DNA from: Candidatus Latescibacterota bacterium
Lineage (GTDB): Bacteria; Latescibacterota; UBA2968; GCA-2709665
Length of the DNA: 64,000 bases
Assembly: GCA_965205485.1 (NCBI GenBank)
Contig: OZ242180.1
Location: 704,001-768,000 of the forward strand
Direction of reading: 5' to 3'
Shown one piece after another: positions 53,867 to 62,768 of this stretch. The notes beneath the pieces were generated by a model that saw only the letters and a program-made list of their open reading frames with translations, had not been told where the DNA came from and did no database searches. The stretch's first letter is position 1; each line of letters starts with the position of its first letter. The position numbers and the translations under genes are program-made.

Positions 53867-53933
53867 AAATTCACCAAAAATCAACAAAAAATACGGAAAC
53901 TTCAGCGCAAATTCAAACAAATTTTCCTATTGT
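53867..53933 (+). promoter_or_regulatory. Recurrent 4xTCA direct-repeat promoter, copy 3 (divergent from hybrid regulator)
   Basis: TCA at 53871/53881/53902/53913, TATTGT at 53928. Confidence 0.65.
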
Positions 53934-54039
53934 ATTATAGCCATCTTGCTTGAACGATACCAGGAACACGGCAGCCACGCACTTTGCGTAGATTTCGGGC
54001 AGCATGATTCAAAACCCCACAACGGTCAGGAGGTGCAGA

Positions 54040-54960
54040 ATGTATCGGACAGACGTGCGGAGGATTGATATTCTGGAACATAGATTGCGTTGGCAAAAGC
54101 GCGCGATCATCGGTTTGCTTCTTTTGTTTCTCTTCACGGCTTCACCGGCCTTGAGTACGGCGACGAAATGGTTTGCGCAGCTACAGACCGGGAACGTGCC
54201 GGTTCCGGGATTATCTGCGGACCGGTCTTCGGCAGGCGTCATTTCGAAATGGGTGCCGTCACCTGAGTCTGAGGCCGGCGGGTTGAGCAAGACTGCACTG
54301 GCTGCTGACGAAGTCCTGAAGATCGGCAGGTTACAGATCGTGAATGAAGAGGGTAACGTTGTCGCGTTCCTGGGTTACGACGAGGCAGGGGACGGGGTGC
54401 TGGCCATCCGCAACAGTAAGGGAAAGTACCGTATAATGGCCGGCTTGGACGAATCCGGAGGAGGCTTGTTGAACGTTTTCAACTCAACTGATCGGCCCGT
54501 TGCGGTCATGGGCGCTGACGATACGGACCAGGGCAATGGATTTATGAATGTCAGCGGCGGATCGGGGACTGTTGCCGGTGTGTTTTTTGGCGAGTCGGGA
54601 GATGCGTCTATGACGTTTTTCAACAGCAATGGAAACCCCGCTTCCGCCTTTGGATCGGATGCAAACGGCAACGGTTTTCTGGTTACCCTCAGTGAGTCGG
54701 GACTGCCGATCGGCACGCTTGCAGCCGATCCCGGCGGCATGGGTACTCTGGCGATTTCGGGGGGTAAGTTCAGGGCTTACGTAGACGAAGACGGGAATGG
54801 CGCAGCGGAGACGCTGGGAGACGACGGAAGCGTCCGGTGGACTTCTGAAATGAAAACGGGTGGTACTGGTGTTTTGTTGGGAGATCTCGACGGTGACGGC
54901 GACGTGGATTTCGAAGACTTTCTCACGTTTGCCGCAAATTTCGGGAAAACCAGCGGGTAG
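54040..54960 (+). CDS. Exported glycine-rich beta-repeat protein with C-terminal EF-hand/dockerin-like motif
   Basis: AGGAGG RBS, N-terminal hydrophobic segment, ~25 aa repeats (G.L...N..G..V..G.D..G), GDLDGDGDVDFEDFLTFAANFG. Confidence 0.75.
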   Translation: MYRTDVRRIDILEHRLRWQKRAIIGLLLLFLFTASPALSTATKWFAQLQTGNVPVPGLSADRSSAGVISKWVPSPESEAGGLSKTALAADEVLKIGRLQIVNEEGNVVAFLGYDEAGDGVLAIRNSKGKYRIMAGLDESGGGLLNVFNSTDRPVAVMGADDTDQGNGFMNVSGGSGTVAGVFFGESGDASMTFFNSNGNPASAFGSDANGNGFLVTLSESGLPIGTLAADPGGMGTLAISGGKFRAYVDEDGNGAAETLGDDGSVRWTSEMKTGGTGVLLGDLDGDGDVDFEDFLTFAANFGKTSG

Positions 54961-55009
54961 AACGTACGCACTCGAGCCTGAGGACAGCCCGAGGGATCGA
55001 AGCGTAGAA

Positions 55010-55315
55010 GTAGGGCCTACCTGCCGGGCCTCTCTGCGTACTTACCCGCGCAGGCAGGCGTTTACGGTTTGAGGGTGGGGCGGACATTCCTGTCTGCCCG
55101 CATCGATGCCGACGAAGCGTCCGCGCAGATGCGTTCTGTGCGCACTTCCGCTCCACGTCCTATCGAGAAGACGGGAGATTCTTCGCTCCGCTCTGAATGA
55201 CATGCTTAGCCATATCAGTGATCGACAGGCATCCTTTACACGTTAGCCCGAACTGTCATCCTGAGGACTTGCCCTGAGCTTGTCGAAGGGTGCCCCCTTG
55301 GCCGACGAAGGATCT
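55010..55315. repeat. Cluster of REP-like palindromic elements of several families
   Basis: GTGGGGCGGACATTCCTGTCTGCCC (55075-55099); GAGATTCTTCGCTCCGCTCTGAATGACA (55175-55202); TGTCATCCTGAG...CGAAGGATCT (55254-55315) containing CCCTGAGCTTGTCGAAGGG, which recurs at 56011-56029. Confidence 0.6.
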
Positions 55316-55497
55316 ACTGCAGCATGAGATGATCCCTGTACGCCATGCACGTGACGATATCCAAGAGGCAGCACGTCCGCCTTTCCATCCTGCGATGTCG
55401 GTTCCCCTAAAATTCCTCGATCGCTGTTGCAGAAAACGTGGCCTGCTTCAAGTCTCCGTTGATGTGAATCCGTGTCTCCTTGGACGAAAAAACACCG

Positions 55498-55565
55498 GAA
55501 TTCACCAACAAATCATCACAAATGGCTAATTTATCAGTGATAGTTCAAAAATAAAGTGTTATCTT
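55498..55565 (+). promoter_or_regulatory. Recurrent 4xTCA direct-repeat promoter, copy 4
   Basis: TCA at 55502/55513/55534/55545, TATCTT at 55560. Confidence 0.7.
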
Positions 55566-56160
55566 ATGCCCTGCGCACTGACGCAATTTGCGACACATTT
55601 GCTGACGATAGCGTCGCGAGGTCATTCTCGAACGGGGTATCGTCTGAACAATCGAGCCGGAATGTCGTCCCGGGATTCCACCGCCCTGAGCAGCACCGTG
55701 CCACTGTTGTGGTTCAGGATACCTCAATCTGAGACGGCCGTCAGCCTGGCATCCCCGTCAGGTCAACCTGAATTGCCGGCTTGTTCGGTTGGTTTCTTCC
55801 CGTCGACAAACCTCCTTCCTCTCTTTATTCCTTCTTCGCATTTTCCATCGATCCGCACCGCTGCGACCTGCGCCGGTTTGCACGGCAGACACGCCGCCCG
55901 CGGTCGGATCGATCCATATACAGCACCCGGGAGTGTCCCTTCGACGGGCATCCGCCCGCGGCGACGCTGTCCTCGAAACGCTTTCATCTTCGAATTCAAC
56001 CTGGGCCGGTCCCTGAGCCTGTCGAAGGGCCGGCGAAATAGATCTCAACTCTTTACTGTACACGGCAATACATCCGGCGGCTACTCATTTGGTAGCGGTC
56101 ACACACCCGGCAGTACCCCTTCGTGTCGCCGCTCGGGTGACGAGTAAATGGGAGGTAGCT

Positions 56161-59100
56161 ATGCAGAGGGGCCTGGTGGTTTCGGTATGCGCGGCACTGA
56201 CTCTGGTCGCAGCGACGTGGACAGGTGATATCGGCGTAATAGAGCCGCAATCCGTGTCTGCGCAGTCCGCGACATGCCCCGGCGACTTCAACGGCGACGG
56301 GAAGGTGAATCTGGCTGATTTTCTGGCTTTCGCCGGTGGCTTCGGCATGCGTTCCGGAGATGCCAATTTCAACGCGCGTTTGGATATGGACGGTAGCGGC
56401 TCGGTCGATCTGTCCGATTTTCTGGCATTCGCCGGGGTGTTCGGGACCAACTGCGAAGACCGGCCTCGCGGTTCGGTCAGCGGGGACCGGGCGGCGCTGG
56501 TTGCGCTGTACAATGCGACCGACGGGCCGAACTGGGTCGACAACACCAACTGGCTGACCGACGCGCCGCTCGGAGAATGGTATGGGGTAGAGACGGATGC
56601 TTCCGGGCGAGTCGTGGAGCTGAATCTCGGCGGAATCCTTGACGAAAGTGGATGGCCCGTGCCCCATGGCCTCCAGGGACGGATTCCGCCTGAAATCGGT
56701 GATCTCGCGAATCTGCAGCGTCTTATCCTGTATCGAAACAACCTATCCGGCTCGATTCCCTCAGAAATCGGCCAGTTGGCGGCATTGCGCGATCTGTATC
56801 TCCACTCCAACGAACTGAGCGGTACAGTTCCGCCGGAACTGGGGAGACTGGGTCAGTTGAGGATTCTAGATTTGAGTATTAACTACCTGGAGGGAGGCAT
56901 TCCACCGGATCTGGGAAGGCTGGTTCAGTTGACTAGCCTTGAACTTAACTCCAACCCGATGGGCGGACGAATTCCGTCGGCATTGGGCAACCTGAGAAAA
57001 CTGGACGTATTAAGGTTAGAATTTTGCCTGCTCAGGGGCCCGATCCCGCCGGAGTTGGGCAATCTGAGAAATCTGCGCTATCTGAGTCTAACTGAAAACG
57101 AACTCACGGGCGTCATTCCGCAGGCGCTGGGAAACCTAGGGGAGTTGGAATCCCTACATTTATTTCGTAACAAGCTTACGGGCCCGATCCCGCCGGAGTT
57201 GGGCAATCTCAGCAAGCTGCGCTCTCTGAGTCTATATGAAAACGAACTCACAGGCGTCATTCCGCAGGCGCTGGGAAACCTCGAGGCGTTGAAATACCTA
57301 TATTTATTTCGTAACAAGCTTACGGGCCCGATCCCGCCGGAGTTGGGCAATTTGAGAAATCTGGTTGACTTAAGTATCAGGAACAATGAGCTTTCCGGAC
57401 CTATGCCGGCTGAAATTGCGAAACTCGACAGACTACGTAGTTTGAACATTTCAGGCAATCGATTGACGGGTTCGATTCCACCGGAACTGGGAAGTCTCGC
57501 GGCGTTGGAAGACTTGAGTCTTGCAGAAAACCGTTTAAGCGGGCCGATTCCTCCCGATCTCGGCAACCTCGGCAATTTGCAGTACCTTACTTTAGGGGAC
57601 AATCTGCTGGAAGGCTCCATTCCACATAGTTTTTTACGCTTGAACCGGCTGATAGATATGGGCTGTCGAAATACCCGCGGCGTATGCATACCTGCGACGG
57701 AAGCGTTCAGGGAATGGGAGCGAGAGGTTGTAGCGCGTGGAAATGTGCACAGACCCTTACTTATCCCGCATTGCGACGAAATCGACAGACGCGGCCTGGA
57801 GGCCCTGTACGAGGCCACGAACGGCGACGGATGGACGCGGTCCAACGGCTGGCTCGAAGACAAGAATCTGAGTCGTTGGCACGGGGTGAGGACCGATGCC
57901 GTCGGCCGGGTCTCCGGTCTCGATCTGAGCGGCAACGGGTTGTCGGGATATCTTCCGGTCGAGTTGGGGCTGCTTGCCAACCTGAATGAACTGCGGCTCC
58001 GAAACAATGCGCTATCCGGCCGACTTCCGTTGTCGCTGACAGGTGCGCCACTGAAAGCAATTGACTACGGAGGCACGTCTCTGTGCGTGGTCGATAATGC
58101 CGATTTCCAGGAATGGCTAGACGGCATCCCGCGCCACGTCGGAACAGGGATCCAGTGCCTACCGCTTACAGACCGCGAAATCCTCGAATTGTTGTACCGT
58201 AACACCGATGGCACGAACTGGGACGAGAGCGCGGGTTGGCTGACCGACGCCCCACTGTCCGCGTGGCACGGCGTGGGCACAGACGAGGACGGCCGCGTCA
58301 TTAAACTCCAATTGCCAAACAACATCTGTCCGGCTTGATTCCCGTGGAAATCGGGCAAATGGGCAAACTGCGGATACTTGACCTTAACCGAAACAGGCTT
58401 TCAGGCTCGATTCCTCAGGAACTGGGTACACTGGCCCGTCTGAAGCGGCTCGAACTCTACGGGAATCAACTCAACGGCAAGATCCCGCGAGAACTCGGGC
58501 AACTGCGGGAATTGCAAGTGCTTCGTATTGGCTGGAACCAGCTTTCGGGTTCCGTCCCGTCAGAGTTGGGTCATCTGGACAGTCTGGAGCGACTCGATCT
58601 TTACAGGAATCAACTCAACGGCGAGATCCCGCGGGAACTCGGCAAGCTCGCTAACGTGACCGACCTGAACATCGGTAGGAATTTCCTCTCGGGCACGATT
58701 CCACCGGAACTGGGTGACCTGGGCCGTCTGGTGTGGCTCAATCTTGAACGTAATCAGCTCGTGGGTGGCATCCCCCCGGAACTTGGCAAGCCGAAAACGA
58801 TCGAGTCCATCAATCTTGCCGACAACCGGTTGACCGGGCGGGTTCCGCCCCAGCTTGGCGCCCTGGTCCGCCTGTCGGCTTTGAACCTGTCGGCCAACCA
58901 ATTAAGCGGTCCGATTCCCCCGGAACTCGGCAGGCTCGGCGATCTTCAGGAGCTTACGTTATTCGGCAACAATCTCTCGGGGCCGATCCCTGAGGAACTG
59001 GGTGAGCTCGCGAACCTGACTTCGCTGAATCTGGGCGACAATGGGTTCTCCGGACCACTGCCTGGCGAACTTGCGCAGGCCTTGAACCTCGAGAGTCTTG

Positions 59101-60818
59101 ACCTTCGGAACAACGCGCTTTCCGGTCGGGTTCCGGCCGAGTTGGGCAACCTCACACAGTTGACGTCGCTGATTCTCGCCGATAATCCCGCTCTTGCCGG
59201 TCCATTGCCTCTCGTATTCACGGCATTGGAGAAGCTCGAACGGTTCATGGCGGGTGGGACTGGACTGTGCCGACCGGCGAACACCAGCTTCGATACGTGG
59301 TTTGGCGCAATACCTGATCGACGTATTGTGCGCTGCGCGGGTGGGGCAGCCGTGTATCTCACCCAGACGATACAGTCGTGGGACGATCCGGTGCCGCTGC
59401 TGGCGGGCGAACCCGCGCTGCTGCGTGTGTTCGTGACTGCGCCAGGTGGGGGCGCGGCCACAATGCCTAGTGTGCGTGCCACATTCTTTGGGAATGATAC
59501 TCAACGCCACACAGTCCGTATTGTCGGGGGTATGCAGTCGATACCCACGGAAGTTTTCGAGGGCGATCTTGACATGTCCGCCAACGCCGAGATTCCGGGA
59601 TGGGTCATTACGCCCGGCCTCGAGATGGTGATCGAAGTCGACCCCGAGGGTACCCTGGCTACGGCGACAGGTGTGACGAAGCGAATTCCGGATTCCGGCC
59701 GCATGGTCGTCGATGTTCGATCCGTTCCCCCGTTTAGATTGACCCTGGTCCCGCTTCTCTCGACGAGTGACTCTGACGCATCTGTTGTCAAGACCGTGAC
59801 CGAAATGGCGTCGGATCCGCATAATCACGAGTTGCTCCGTGACCTGCGGACGCTTCTGCCAATAGCGACGTTCACCGTCAAGGAGCACGAGGCCATAGTC
59901 ATGTCGACACCGGACCCCAGAGAGAAGCTGAACCAACTTCAGGCTACGCGACTAATGGAAGGCGGTACGGGATATTGGCTGGGAATCTTTGTTGAGAGAA
60001 AAACAGGTGATCATATCTGGAACTCGGGAATTGCCATACTTGGAGGCTCAGTGAGTGTCTCACTCCCCGTTGCGAGTACGATAGCACATGAACTGGGGCA
60101 CAACCTTTCGCTCGATCACGCGCCTTGCGGCCAACCCGGAGCTATTGACCCCTGGTTCCCCCACGAAGGCGGTCTAATTGGCGCCTGGGGTTACGACTTT
60201 GGAAAACGTGCAACGGTCAACCCCAATACGCCCGACGTGATGTCCTATTGTGGTGGACGCAACTGGATCAGCGATTACTTCTACAGAAAGGCGTTCCGAC
60301 ACCGTCATTCCAACGAGGTTGCTGTGAAGTCAGCGCTGGCCGTCGCGAATCACGATCGCACACTTCTGCTGTGGGGCGGACGAGACAAGGTTGGGGTCCC
60401 GTACCTGGATCCCGCTTTCGTCGTTGACGCAGTGCCCTCCCTTCCTCCCGCGGGCGAAGATTACACGATCGAGGGAGCGACCGCTGACGGAATGCCTGTC
60501 TTCTCATACACGTTCGACATGCCGGTCACAGCAGACGCTGAGGGCGAAGAGACGAACTTTGTATTCGCCCTGCCTCTTCAGCCCGAATGGACCGGCAACC
60601 TGGCGAGTATCACGCTGTCCGGCCCCGGCGGCTCGGCCACGCTGGACGGGAGTACGGACCGTCCGATGGCCATCCTGCGCGATCTGCAGACGGGCCAGGT
60701 AAGCGGATTCCTGTCTGATCTTACGGCAGAGGAAGCGGCGCAGGCAGCGGAAGGCGCGTTCGCGGCCAAGCCCGGAACGGAAGCGATCTTCAGCAGGGGA
60801 ATTCCGGATCTTCGGTAG
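56161..60818 (+). pseudogene. Secreted EF-hand/dockerin-like + plant-type LRR arrays + zinc metallopeptidase (M66-like) protein, split by a 1-nt deletion at ~58324
   Basis: GGAGG RBS, signal peptide, two GDFNGDG/LDMDGSG..DFLAFA motifs, 24-aa LxxLxLxxNxLSGxIPxELG repeats with three DR.AL..LY..T.G..W caps, HELGHNLSLDHAPC; one added A restores LQLPNNNLSGLIPVE. Confidence 0.85.
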
Positions 60819-61047
60819 ATGGTGAGCAGGATTCCAACAGCTGGCGGACTGGTGCGTCAACGCGGCCGGCCGTGCGCTCGTTCGGAACGCCGCCGCCTCC
60901 CATCGTGTGTCATCCGGATCATTAGCCGATTTATGAGCATTGCCTGGTCTTCGCAACTGGCAAAAAGCCGCTCCGACTCGTAATTGCGTTCCGATCGGCC
61001 GACTTCGGTCTGCTTGCCGCGGCGGTCCCGACAGGGAGCAATTCCGC

Positions 61048-61085
61048 TCCCCTCTCCGTGCCGGGGAGGGGCCGGGCGAGGGGTC
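61048..61085. repeat. CCCCTCTCC-type REP-like palindrome
   Basis: TCCCCTCTCCGTGCCGGGGAGGGGCCGGGCGAGGGG, same family as 24972-25009 in opposite orientation. Confidence 0.55.
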
Positions 61086-61256
61086 GCCTTTCCCGACGTG
61101 AGGGTGGGGCCTGCCGGCTCCCCGCATGACCCGTTTTCTTCCCTTCCAGATCCGACGAACCCAATCCGTTTGACTTTCAGACCGACGCATCACTTCCACG
61201 GCGAGAAAACCAGTCGTTGTTGGATCGGTACGTTCCGGGCGGAGCGAAGTGACCCG

Positions 61257-61324
61257 AAATTCATCATAAAATCAGCAAAAAGGACCAAAAATTCAAAGCT
61301 AATTCGAAATAATTTCCGTATCTT
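61257..61324 (+). promoter_or_regulatory. Recurrent 4xTCA direct-repeat promoter, copy 5
   Basis: TCA at 61261/61272/61293, TCG at 61304, TATCTT at 61319. Confidence 0.7.
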
Positions 61325-61539
61325 ATTAGTTTGTTTGGAAAATAAGGTGTATACCCGAACAGTGATCGCGTCGGCCGCCGCGGTCGGTTCTGGTTCTTTT
61401 AGACAGCCTCGCCAGCCTGGTCCGTACCTCTCATGTGGTTGGCTGGGAATACAGGTACGTCAAATGAGATTTTCGTTTCCAAACGCCGCCTCGTTTCTGC
61501 CCGTAGATTGAAGCCCAAAGCCGCCAGACAGGAGATCGC

Positions 61540-61704
61540 ATGCTCATGTTTGTTCTGGTCGTTTCGATGATTTGTCTCCTTGCCACATTGGTCGCATTGA
61601 GCTATGTGGTATCCCTCTCAGTCAAAATGGATCATCTGCTCAAGCGCGTTGCTGAGATCGAAGGCTATCTGGCCGTCAGCTCCGGACCGCACAAGGAAAT
61701 CTGA
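61540..61704 (+). CDS. Small single-TM protein (54 aa), below ORF-track cutoff
   Basis: AGGAG RBS; MLMFVLVVSMICLLATLVALSYVVSLSVKMDHLLKRVAEIEGYLAVSSGPHKEI. Confidence 0.6.
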   Translation: MLMFVLVVSMICLLATLVALSYVVSLSVKMDHLLKRVAEIEGYLAVSSGPHKEI

Positions 61705-62065
61705 CGAAGTCCGGTCCGGAATACCGCAGATCCAATACGCGCGGATAGCTGGCAGAACGCACAATTCCGGATCCCTGCCGGAGGTTTAACCTCAATTCCG
61801 CAAAAGCCGCAACGCGGCACCACGACGAGACCCTTCGAAACAGGCCGAAATGGTCGTCATGAAGGACATTATTTCAGTTCACGTACAGTGTCCTGGTGTA
61901 TCCTGGTAATCAGCAGTCTAATCGCCTTTTTTACTGACACATATTCAAATTAACGTCCTCGAAAAATGAGGAATCAAGGTTAATCGGGGCGCGCGGCGGC
62001 TTTTGTGGAACAATCCAGGTCCTGATTCAGGAAACGGTTTCCAGTAGATTTCCAAGGAGTGGACA

Positions 62066-62230
62066 ATGGAACTGACGAAACTGGAGTTTTTCGCCGGGAT
62101 GGCGCTTTGCGGGGCCGCCAGGTCTGACAACACCTGGCACGAACAGGCAACCGTAGATACCGCAATTGAGATCGCGCGGCGAATGATCAAGACGCTCGAA
62201 GAGGAAAAGACCACCGGCGAAGCGTCATAG
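62066..62230 (+). CDS. Small helical protein (54 aa), below ORF-track cutoff
   Basis: AAGGAG RBS; MELTKLEFFAGMALCGAARSDNTWHEQATVDTAIEIARRMIKTLEEEKTTGEAS. Confidence 0.6.
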   Translation: MELTKLEFFAGMALCGAARSDNTWHEQATVDTAIEIARRMIKTLEEEKTTGEAS

Positions 62231-62378
62231 TCGCGGCATTATCGGTGTTGTTTCGTAATGAAAGGCGCCTGATCCCGATTCGTACACACGTAATCGGAGG
62301 CGCGAAACGACCGGTTAATGTGAAAGTGATTTCCCGAAACAGAACTGATCATTTCGGACTGGTCGGCTCTTTCTATTT

Positions 62379-62627
62379 CGATGGGGCGGTTAAACCGGGG
62401 ACGCTACTCATTCCCGCAAGGGCAGCCAAAGCCGGAAATTCTTCCAGGATACCTCCGTTGACACCCGGCGTTGTCCTGCCGCCCCATCGGTATGGACCGG
62501 AAGTGTACGTGAATTGTGCCGGGCAGTGGTCAAACCGGGCGTGAATGCCTGCAAGGGCGGCCACACGCCGGGCGCCCTTCCCTCATGACGGTTCTGGCGT
62601 CTGGCGCCGTCCTGCCGCTGCCCGGCA
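62379..62627 (+). ncRNA. Candidate tandem structured RNA motif (two ~111-nt units)
   Basis: Units 62379-62489 and 62517-62627 share GGTYAAACCGGG, CCYGCAAGGGCRGCCA, GCCGG and CYGGCGYYGTCCTGCCGC with different but complementary closing stems. Confidence 0.6.
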
Positions 62628-62768
62628 GCAGGTTGATTGTCACTTCCGTCGCCGGAAAGCGTCACGCCCAGTGAGTATTCCCTGCCCCGAAGTCCTCGAT
62701 TCACCCCGCCATTCAACTGACGTACTACCTCTCCAACCCGCCGAAAAAACAGATTGAAGGCGAGAAAT

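Noticed and set aside
55566..56147. 193-aa ORF directly after promoter copy 4
   Set aside because: No RBS, low-complexity S/P/R-rich translation, and it runs through a REP-like element.
57037..57324. Near-identical repeat pair as DGR template/variable repeat
   Set aside because: Mismatches are not restricted to adenines, both copies are tandem and coding, and no reverse transcriptase is in the window.
36872..58338. GTGA/TTGA stop-start overlaps at the two -1 frameshifts as evidence of designed two-gene splits
   Set aside because: Such overlaps arise automatically after a 1-nt deletion; the breaks fall mid-domain and there is no RBS.
32242..62230. Prophage or integrative element
   Set aside because: No integrase, transposase, structural genes, tRNA target or att-like direct repeats seen.
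61900..62325. Possible sixth copy of the 4xTCA motif
   Set aside because: TCA/TCG spacings (12, 23) and the distance to TAnnnT do not fit 11-21-11-15.
55715..62455. Shared 11-mer CAGGATACCTC in two leaders (and GTGATCGACAGG at ~25049 and ~55218)
   Set aside because: Matches this short are expected by chance and the flanks do not align.
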